From the sequence record OM867527.1: 64,000 nucleotides of DNA. The stretch is one strand, 5' to 3'. Source of the stretch: a phage. This document shows, piece after piece, positions 57,041 through 64,000 of this stretch. Numbering within the stretch: the first letter of the stretch is position 1; each line of letters opens with the position of its first letter. The notes beneath the pieces were generated by a model. That model saw only the letters and a program-made list of their open reading frames with translations, was not told where the DNA came from and searched no databases. Both the position numbers and the translations under genes were made by a program.

Positions 57041-59934
57041 ACGCACATACCCCCTTTGATGCAAATAAGGATTGGACCAATCCTTACTGCCAGAATAGTT
57101 CCAATGACCCGATGGTAGATGCACTGCTCGGTAATGCTTACCATGTGGTTCGTACTGTGTACTGCAACCTGGGTAATCTTAAACTCATTTATGATTTCTT
57201 GAATAAATACGGAATGGTGTTAGGTGTTCAATCAGAAACTGAACTGAAGGCCATGCCTACCAGTGCATCTTATGTACGACTGTATGGTTTTGATAATACT
57301 CTTAAAAGAGTTGTTACAGACTATCTGTATGTAGAGGGTGACCGTACTGGTGTAATTCCAGATGACCCTTCCGCTACTGGTTCCTGGATTTTGGTTGCCA
57401 CTTCTAATTCAGACAGTGGGGGAGATGATGGTGAAGGTAAAGCATCGCCACCGTATATTCCATACTCATACAATAATGGTTCTGCTATCGGTGGTGAAAC
57501 CACTATTCCAGTGCCTGCTGGTACGATTGGCGTGCCGATGATTGTAATTAACGGCTATACCAACTTAGTTGGTTATGGTTTTACTTATGATGCATCTACA
57601 CTAACTGTTACTCTGGCTCAACCATTAGAACCAGGTGATGAAGTACACCTGTTCTTAACTGGTACTCCAGCAGTTCCTAATAACCCTAATGTGTCTGACT
57701 GGGTTCAGATTAACTGGTTGTATAACGGTGGGTATGCTTCGGGTGGCGAGCAAGTAATTGCTATTCCTTACACATTTGAATCTGTACCGGCTATCTATAA
57801 GAATGGTGAACGTTACTACGCAGGTTTAGCAGATAAGTCTTATGCAGTTGATGCTGCTAACCAACGCATCCTATTGACTGAGCCATTAGCTACTAATGAC
57901 CGTCTGATTGTTCAGATTGGTGGTGAATCCACTACTCTCATTATGTCTGACCGTACTGTTCAGGAAATAGCTCGTTCTGCTAACGTACATGAGAATGATG
58001 TTATTCTGAGTACAAATACCACTCAGTATTTGAATGGTATGAAGGTCTTATATGATGTGGTAGGGCAGAAGATTTATGGTCTTCCTACTCTACCTACTAA
58101 CGTTTACATCAATTCTGTATCCAACGGTCAGTTAACTTACTCACCAGGGAATATCACAGTTGACCTATTGCCAATGCCTAGTGAAGCGTTGTCTGCTTTG
58201 GAGACTTTAGAAAATAGTTTAAATTCTCCACTTGGCTTTACCAATATCGGACGTGTGCAGTCATTCGCTGCCCTAAGAACTTTGGTTCCACCTTCAGCTG
58301 GTGCACGCGTCCTTCTGTCTGGGTACTATGATAATAGTGATACTGGTGGTGGTGAATTTATTGCTCGTTCAACTACAGGTATGTCTGAAGTACCTGACGA
58401 TGATGGTGGGGTGATTGCAACAGTAAATTCAAACTGGTATTGGGAACGAGTAGATACTAATAATGCTACTGTAGAGGATTTTGGTGCAATCTCTTATACC
58501 GGGGATGACACAGCAGGTATTGCTGATTCTTCCGATGCATTCCAGAGAATGTTTAACTCCCTCAACCGAATCTTTTCCGCAGAATCAAGTAAGAGATTTG
58601 TGATTGATGCACCCATACTGCTTAAGGGTTCCCACTTTAAAATTGATTTATCAGGGGGTCGTGTAGCAAAAAGAACATCCACTAAATCAGGCATTACCTC
58701 TTTAATACCTGTTTTTGGTGGGTATGCTCCTGCTAACATTAACTGCGTATTCATGGCTACTGAGACTGTGCGTTACTTCCAAATTAAGAACATAGATATT
58801 TGGTGTAACGAGGCTCCCATTGGTGACCGTCCAGTTGGTATTTACATCCCAAGTGCTACTAATTACAGCACAGAGAATATAAATTTCCGTGGATGTTTAT
58901 ATGATATCTGGTGTAAGAATGCATGGCGTGGAACACACAAAGACATTCGTGGTAATGATACTATTTCCCACTCTTGCTTCTACGACGGTACACGTACAAA
59001 TGCTGAGGGAGTACCTATTGCAGATGCTCAATCTGCTACCAGTCTACTGTTTGATGGGTACTATGCTAATTCACCGGGTGGTTCTGGTTTTTATTTGAAC
59101 GGAGTAGACTACTCAAACTTTGCTATGGCTGCCGTAGACCATGCTAAGTTAGCTTCTTATACATTTATCAATTCTAACGTTACAGGTACGTTAGGTGCAG
59201 AATATGCTACGGTAGAGTACATCAACGTTGACGGTGGGGTAGTTGATGCCTACCTTAGTACTTATGATGATACTACTGATAATACTAACTATGTTGCTGT
59301 AGTGAAGGGTACTACCGGGGCTATTGTTAAGCTATGCGGTCGTTTCAGGACTCAGAAGTACCGACTTGCTAATGTCACTGGTTCGGATAATGTTGTAGAA
59401 ATTGATATTAGTAATTATTGGAACGGTTCTTCTAAAAGCGTTCCACAATCAGTATGTACTATTGGTAATTATCTTGATGTAAAACTTGGTATCGGTGGGG
59501 CAATTCGTAGATACCGGGACGGTGTTTTGCAGGAAGGAAGAGCATCGGCTCCATCTTATACTACTACTCCAGGTGCTACAGGTTCCCCATACTCATCCCC
59601 TATTCTAAGGGTTGGTATGGTTAGTCCCAGTACTACTATCCAGATACCTATGTATCGTATTAAAGAAGTGTTCCCTAACTTCAACAAGACTGGTAGTACT
59701 TTAGTAGAGTTCTTGCGTATTAAAACCACCAACGGTAATGGATTAGCAGTAGGTGCTCTTTTCATGTGTTCCGACAATACTGTAGTAAGTAGTAAACTTG
59801 ATAATCAAATTCAAGTAGGTAGCGGTGCAGCAGCAGCGGTTATAACTGCAATTGCAGCTGACTCTGGCAACCTTACTATTACTTTTACAGGCACCGTTGG
59901 TTCTGGTGCTGTAATTGAGTTAAGTTACGCTTGA
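57037..59934 (+). CDS. Tail fiber/tailspike-like protein (about 965 aa)
   Basis: ATG 57037 forms an ATGA overlap with the upstream stop and has a GAGGA RBS. Long beta-rich Gly/Thr/Ser/Asn-rich sequence typical of receptor-binding fibers. Confidence 0.55.
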   Translation: MNAHTPFDANKDWTNPYCQNSSNDPMVDALLGNAYHVVRTVYCNLGNLKLIYDFLNKYGMVLGVQSETELKAMPTSASYVRLYGFDNTLKRVVTDYLYVEGDRTGVIPDDPSATGSWILVATSNSDSGGDDGEGKASPPYIPYSYNNGSAIGGETTIPVPAGTIGVPMIVINGYTNLVGYGFTYDASTLTVTLAQPLEPGDEVHLFLTGTPAVPNNPNVSDWVQINWLYNGGYASGGEQVIAIPYTFESVPAIYKNGERYYAGLADKSYAVDAANQRILLTEPLATNDRLIVQIGGESTTLIMSDRTVQEIARSANVHENDVILSTNTTQYLNGMKVLYDVVGQKIYGLPTLPTNVYINSVSNGQLTYSPGNITVDLLPMPSEALSALETLENSLNSPLGFTNIGRVQSFAALRTLVPPSAGARVLLSGYYDNSDTGGGEFIARSTTGMSEVPDDDGGVIATVNSNWYWERVDTNNATVEDFGAISYTGDDTAGIADSSDAFQRMFNSLNRIFSAESSKRFVIDAPILLKGSHFKIDLSGGRVAKRTSTKSGITSLIPVFGGYAPANINCVFMATETVRYFQIKNIDIWCNEAPIGDRPVGIYIPSATNYSTENINFRGCLYDIWCKNAWRGTHKDIRGNDTISHSCFYDGTRTNAEGVPIADAQSATSLLFDGYYANSPGGSGFYLNGVDYSNFAMAAVDHAKLASYTFINSNVTGTLGAEYATVEYINVDGGVVDAYLSTYDDTTDNTNYVAVVKGTTGAIVKLCGRFRTQKYRLANVTGSDNVVEIDISNYWNGSSKSVPQSVCTIGNYLDVKLGIGGAIRRYRDGVLQEGRASAPSYTTTPGATGSPYSSPILRVGMVSPSTTIQIPMYRIKEVFPNFNKTGSTLVEFLRIKTTNGNGLAVGALFMCSDNTVVSSKLDNQIQVGSGAAAAVITAIAADSGNLTITFTGTVGSGAVIELSYA

Positions 59935-59942
59935 TAAACAAA

Positions 59943-59966
59943 CCCCTCTTCGGAGGGGGATTCTTA
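59943..59966 (+). terminator. Terminator-like hairpin with TTCG tetraloop (plus strand)
   Basis: CCCCTC-TTCG-GAGGGG followed by GATTCTT. Confidence 0.45.
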
Positions 59967-59985
59967 GAAAAACAAAGAGGTTATT

Positions 59986-62271
59986 ATGAACGAAATGTTC
60001 TCCCAAGGTGGTAAAGGCTCTGCTGGTATTCTTACCAATAAGCAAGCCATTGCCCGTAAGTTTGGTGTTAAGCAGTCTGAGATTGTTTACTTCTCAGTTG
60101 GTATACTGCTTGATGGGTACAAAGTTATTTATGACAAGGCGACCCAGCGAGCATACTCCTTACCGGCTAACCTTGGCTCTGGAATTACTGCTGTAAGTCT
60201 TAGTATTGCTGGTGAGCTAGTTCACTCTGCTGGTAGTGTGGACTTAGGTGCTTTAGCTGTTACTCGTGAAGAGTATGTGACTTTACCCGGATCATTTTCT
60301 ACCGGAGTAACTGTTAATGCTAAGAATGAGTTAGTCATCTTTACAGATGGTAAGTATCGCTGGGAAGGTGAATTACCTAAAATCGTTTCTGCTGACTCAA
60401 CCCCAGAGAGTGCTGGTGGTGTTGGTCTAGGTAAGTGGGTTAGTGTTGGTGTTGCTTCTTTGCGCTCGAATCTGGCATCAACTCAAGACGAAATGTTAGG
60501 AGATAATTTAATTGGTGTAAAACTGCCATCTTACGGTGCGATTGCCAGAACGCAACATGATAAGAATGCTGATTTACTATCAATTCAGGATTTAGGGGCT
60601 ATAAGTGGTGTTGGTAACCCAGCTGTTGATGATAAGGTTATGGCGGTGCTAAATGCCAATGCAGGGCTATTAATTCCAGCAGGTTTTGTGTATGTAACCA
60701 CCAAACCCCTGCACACCGCAGCAGGGAAGTCTTTTAATATCATCTGCCCTAACGGAAAAGCCACTATTAAATCATCTGGTGGATACACAATGTTCACGCA
60801 AGATGGTCCATTCAAGTTCCAATACTGCACTTTTAAAAATATTATTTTCGACGGCTCTGATATTACGAATAGTGCTAACATTTTCATGGAATCTGCCGCT
60901 AGCAGTTGTGTAGCGACGTTTACTACTCATAACTGTGTATGGCAAGGTTTTCATACTGTATGGAAAGCGATATGGATTGCTGTTTACCACTATAATCCGA
61001 TATTCAAATCGGTTAGCGATTATGGCTACATTGTTGATACTCCTGTAGATGAGGGTAATTTTGCATCGTTTAATTTAAACTTCATGGAAAGCCCCGTCTT
61101 TCTTGGTTCTCGCGCCAGAATGTTCTTCCGTATCATAGGCGGGTTTAACTTCACCATTAACAACCCGTGGTTTGAGAAAAACGAAGTATTTGGTGGGGCA
61201 TTTTTCTATTTGCGTCAATTCTTTAACTTTAAGATTAACGATGGCTGGTTTGAATACTTTAAAGGCCAAAATCTGATTTATCTTAAAACAGACGGCACCG
61301 AAAACACCCAGTCAGACCACATCATTATAGATGGGTTGCATATTAATAACTCTCGTGCTGATTCTGGATTCAATGGACTTGTTCTTATGGATCCTCCGCA
61401 ATACACAGGAAACTACACAGACCCTAAATGTGTGTTTAAAAACATAGTTGAGCATAACAACTCAGTGGCTGGCTGGTACTTGCTTAAATCCGGTGAAGTT
61501 ACAAACCGGGCAGAGTCTCTTACAGAAATAAAAAACCTTCGTCTTAAATACGGGCAACCTTCTTGTTCAGATGGGATGACAATAGCAAGAACTCAATCAG
61601 GTGGTAATCCTGATATCATAAACTCAATAAGAAGCCTTAGCACGCAGGGGCTTCAGTTTCTACCAAGAAGTTATCAAACAACGAACTATCGCACAAAAGA
61701 CGGTCTGTATCAGCATCAACAAGTAGTTGATAACGCAGCAAAAATAGCATACTGGAAAATAGGTGATTCAGCAGTTCTTACGTGGGGTGTTGATTATGTT
61801 CGCCCCGGTATAAACAATGCTCAAACATGCGGAACATCTACTTATGCATGGTCAGGTGGGTATACACAAACTGCTTTCCAAATCACGTCAGATCGCAATG
61901 CTAAAATGGATGAAGAGGCTATTTCTGATGCTGTTCTTGATGCCTGGGGGGATGTTCAGTATGTGTCTTATAAACTAAAGGATAGTGTAGCCAAGAAGGG
62001 GTCTGAAGCCCGAAGACATATTGGGGTCATAGCTCAGGACATCAAGGCAGCATTTGAAGCCCACGGAGTGGACCCATTTGAGTATGGTATCCTTTGCTAC
62101 GATGATACCCCTGCTACAGAAGCTGTCTATGATACTTTAGAAGATGGTACTCAGGTAATGCTTCAGGCTGCACAGGAAGCTCACTCAGGTTACACAGTAC
62201 GCTATGAAGAAGTACTTTGTCTTGAGGCTGCGTACATGCGTAGGGAACTTTCACGATTAAGGTCAAACTAA
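59986..62271 (+). CDS. Tailspike/tail fiber with C-terminal intramolecular chaperone (peptidase S74-type) domain
   Basis: C-terminal signature TSDRNAKMDEEAISDAVLDAWGDVQYVSYKL...RRHIGVIAQDIKAAF matches the autoproteolytic chaperone domain of phage tailspikes and endosialidases. RBS aagagg then ATG 59986. Confidence 0.75.
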   Translation: MNEMFSQGGKGSAGILTNKQAIARKFGVKQSEIVYFSVGILLDGYKVIYDKATQRAYSLPANLGSGITAVSLSIAGELVHSAGSVDLGALAVTREEYVTLPGSFSTGVTVNAKNELVIFTDGKYRWEGELPKIVSADSTPESAGGVGLGKWVSVGVASLRSNLASTQDEMLGDNLIGVKLPSYGAIARTQHDKNADLLSIQDLGAISGVGNPAVDDKVMAVLNANAGLLIPAGFVYVTTKPLHTAAGKSFNIICPNGKATIKSSGGYTMFTQDGPFKFQYCTFKNIIFDGSDITNSANIFMESAASSCVATFTTHNCVWQGFHTVWKAIWIAVYHYNPIFKSVSDYGYIVDTPVDEGNFASFNLNFMESPVFLGSRARMFFRIIGGFNFTINNPWFEKNEVFGGAFFYLRQFFNFKINDGWFEYFKGQNLIYLKTDGTENTQSDHIIIDGLHINNSRADSGFNGLVLMDPPQYTGNYTDPKCVFKNIVEHNNSVAGWYLLKSGEVTNRAESLTEIKNLRLKYGQPSCSDGMTIARTQSGGNPDIINSIRSLSTQGLQFLPRSYQTTNYRTKDGLYQHQQVVDNAAKIAYWKIGDSAVLTWGVDYVRPGINNAQTCGTSTYAWSGGYTQTAFQITSDRNAKMDEEAISDAVLDAWGDVQYVSYKLKDSVAKKGSEARRHIGVIAQDIKAAFEAHGVDPFEYGILCYDDTPATEAVYDTLEDGTQVMLQAAQEAHSGYTVRYEEVLCLEAAYMRRELSRLRSN

Positions 62272-62275
62272 AATT

Positions 62276-62300
62276 AAGGCTCCATTTGGGGCCTTTTCTT
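62276..62300 (+). terminator. Rho-independent terminator after the tailspike gene
   Basis: AAGGCTCC-ATTT-GGGGCCTT (one G-U pair) followed by TTCTT. Confidence 0.5.
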
Positions 62301-62354
62301 ATATAGAGCATACTGTTTTCATTGCCCTATCTAACGTCTACACATTATGTCTAG

Positions 62355-62390
62355 ATGTCTCTAATCATACTAAGTATTATCTAAGAGCCA
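62355..62390 (+). promoter_or_regulatory. Candidate sigma70-type -10 element (TATTATAAT) upstream of the lysis cassette
   Basis: TATTATAAT at 62381..62389, about 55 bp upstream of ATG 62443. The -35 region is poor, which would fit activator-dependent late promoters, but this is a single unverified match. Confidence 0.25.
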
Positions 62391-62442
62391 TATTATAATG
62401 CGGCCTTATTAAGGTTCTTAACCACACAGTTACGGTAATATT

Positions 62443-62772
62443 ATGAATGAATCGGGTGAACTGCTTCTAGTCAGACTGGAGGAACGATTGAAGACTCTGT
62501 TTGATAACCAGGCAAGAGACAGACAGGACCGTGAGAAACTGGAGGAAACTCTGGTAGAACTACGGGATTCAATCAATGACATAGGTAATAGACTAAAGAA
62601 TGTGGAGGATAGTTTAGCTAAGAATGAACCTACTATTGAAGAGTTCATCACCATTAAGCATAAAGTTGTTGGTGCTGGGATTTTTGGTAAGTGGGTATGG
62701 GCTGGTGCAGGTGCAATTATTGGTGTATTGGCTGCTGCAAGACGGGAGATATTCGCATGGTTCGCAGGCTAA
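62443..62772 (+). CDS. Lysis-associated protein with coiled-coil N-terminus and C-terminal glycine-zipper TM (holin or antiholin candidate)
   Basis: Charged helical N-terminal region followed by VVGAGIFGKWVWAGAGAIIGVLAAA; first gene of the lysis cassette. Confidence 0.4.
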   Translation: MNESGELLLVRLEERLKTLFDNQARDRQDREKLEETLVELRDSINDIGNRLKNVEDSLAKNEPTIEEFITIKHKVVGAGIFGKWVWAGAGAIIGVLAAARREIFAWFAG

Positions 62773-63017
62773 AAAGAAAGGTAGAGTTAGTACCAAACTG
62801 GAAAAGATGCTGGAAGTGGGCATCTATTCAGATTAGTACGCTTGGGTTAGTTCTGTTTTCTGCTATAGATATCATTCAACCAATGCTGACAGGGTTACCC
62901 CGTCACATCCTGGAAGATATTCCTCATGGTTCCAATATTGCAATCGCACTATTTGCCCTAAACATCATTGGCAGATTGATACGATTCCGTCCAAAGGATA
63001 ATTCACATGAAAGCTAA
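62757..63017 (+). CDS. Holin candidate (two TM helices, about 86 aa)
   Basis: ATG 62757 overlaps the upstream gene's end. Predicted TMs ASIQISTLGLVLFSAIDII and NIAIALFALNIIGRLI, with a charged C-terminus. Stop overlaps the endolysin start. Confidence 0.45.
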   Translation: MVRRLKRKVELVPNWKRCWKWASIQISTLGLVLFSAIDIIQPMLTGLPRHILEDIPHGSNIAIALFALNIIGRLIRFRPKDNSHES

Positions 63018-63642
63018 ACAAAAACTTGCTGCGAAAGGTGGTGCAGTGGGAGGAGTTATCGCTGCTATTCTGGGGGCAGTGTTTTATATGGAAGGGGGGT
63101 ATGTAAACAATCCCCGTGACCCAGGTGGGGAAACCAATCATGGTATTACCCATTCAGTAGCTAAGTCTCACAAAGAAGTTCTGGCTACTGAATACGGTTG
63201 GGACGGTTCTATGAAAGGTTTATCTAAAGAGATGGCTGCTGAGATATACATTGATGACTACGTACTTAAACCCAACTTCGTAGCCTTCGCTGATATATCT
63301 CCTGCTGTAACTCACAAGCTGGTAGATGCTGGTGTTAACACTGGTGTAACCCGTCCTGCTAAGTGGTTGCAGTTATCTCTTAATGAGATGTCCCGTAATG
63401 GCAAAGACTACCCTAAAATACAGGTTGATGGTAAAGTCGGTACAAGTACTGTTAATGCATATAAAGCATTACAGAAAAAACGAGGCAAAGTTGAAGCATG
63501 TAAGGTAATGATTAAGTTACTTGATGCTAAACAACTGAACCACTACACCTCATTAAACATGCCAGACTTTACGTATGGTTGGGTAGCTAACCGAATAGGC
63601 AATGTGCCACTGGAGGCATGTAATGAAGATGCTAATCTCTAA
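63007..63642 (+). CDS. Endolysin, N-acetylmuramidase (GH108-type) with peptidoglycan-binding C-terminal region
   Basis: EGGYVNNPRDPGGETNHGIT matches the GH108 catalytic signature found in the N4 lysin family. Confidence 0.8.
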   Translation: MKAKQKLAAKGGAVGGVIAAILGAVFYMEGGYVNNPRDPGGETNHGITHSVAKSHKEVLATEYGWDGSMKGLSKEMAAEIYIDDYVLKPNFVAFADISPAVTHKLVDAGVNTGVTRPAKWLQLSLNEMSRNGKDYPKIQVDGKVGTSTVNAYKALQKKRGKVEACKVMIKLLDAKQLNHYTSLNMPDFTYGWVANRIGNVPLEACNEDANL

Positions 63643-64000
63643 AGGTTGGCCTTATCTTCTGGTGGTGGTCCTAGGGGCCACCATTTACTTTTGGGGTAAC
63701 TCCAATGGACAGTCTACTGTTCAAAAGAAGTGGGATGCCCAAAAGGTTGAAGATCAGAAGGCACTACAAAAATTACAGGACAAATACAATGCTCTCCAAA
63801 GAAACCATAGTTATGAAGTCGGGTTACTCACCTCCCGGTTGCAGACGGCTGAGAGTAATTACGCAAGCGAGCTTGCTCGCGTTAGCAGTGATTACGACAG
63901 CCGGATGCAACAGTCTGAAAGACGAGCATCGGTATATAAACGTCAAGCCGAAGCCGGAACCTTTGAGTGCAGAAGTCTTGCAAGCCATGCAGCCAGACTC
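63623..64000 (+). CDS. i-spanin (Rz-like), 3' end outside the window
   Basis: ATG 63623 overlaps the endolysin end. N-terminal TM (WPYLLVVVLGATIYFW) followed by a charged, Q/K/E-rich periplasmic coiled-coil-like region. ORF still open at the window end. Confidence 0.55.
   Translation, partial: MKMLISKGWPYLLVVVLGATIYFWGNSNGQSTVQKKWDAQKVEDQKALQKLQDKYNALQRNHSYEVGLLTSRLQTAESNYASELARVSSDYDSRMQQSERRASVYKRQAEAGTFECRSLASHAARL
63813..64000 (+). CDS. Embedded o-spanin candidate (Rz1-like lipoprotein) in the +1 frame of the i-spanin, 3' end outside the window
   Basis: Alternate-frame ORF encoding MKSGYSPPGCRRLRVITQASLLALAVITTAGC (lipobox-like TAGC) followed by a Pro-rich stretch (KPKPEP). Start codon choice is uncertain. 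Confidence 0.4.
   Translation, partial: MKSGYSPPGCRRLRVITQASLLALAVITTAGCNSLKDEHRYINVKPKPEPLSAEVLQAMQPD

Noticed and set aside
62691-63017. Track ORF start at 62691 for the holin candidate
   Set aside because: The first 22 codons (MGMGWCRCNYWCIGCC...) overlap the upstream gene out of frame and look artefactual; the internal ATG at 62757 gives a conventional two-TM holin.
1-64000. CRISPR arrays, integrase/attachment sites, rRNA genes
   Set aside because: No regularly spaced direct repeats, no tyrosine or serine recombinase-like ORF and no rRNA-like conserved segments were seen; consistent with a strictly lytic phage.

Overview
This window reads as most of the genome of a lytic N4-like podophage (Schitoviridae-type), identified from gene content and order alone. 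The forward block 3..16811 holds virion/internal proteins and ends in a giant 3594-codon virion-encapsidated RNA polymerase (vRNAP) gene, the hallmark of this group. A roughly 2.4 kb largely non-coding stretch follows (16812..19216), carrying one small reverse gene, tRNA-like elements and perfect palindromes. The long reverse block 19217..53880 encodes replication and nucleotide-metabolism functions (SSB-like, primase, family A DNA polymerase, SF1 helicase, rIIA/rIIB-like, ThyX, dCTP deaminase-like, MazG-like), a MoxR-type AAA+ ATPase with a VWA partner, an Ig-like decoration protein, the split T7-like RNA polymerase II interrupted by an HNH endonuclease gene, and about 25 small early ORFs. 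The forward block 54052..64000 holds terminase, tail fiber/tailspike and a holin-endolysin-spanin lysis cassette. Points of most interest are a tandem array of five paralogous small early genes (52103..53880), a cluster of small Rossmann-like and NPF-motif early proteins (46687..49483), the HNH insertion, the MoxR/VWA pair, a superinfection-immunity-like membrane protein, and the tRNA-like elements with an unresolved anticodon arm. All functional calls rest on motifs read by eye and on synteny; no database search was run. No CRISPR array, integrase or rRNA was seen.
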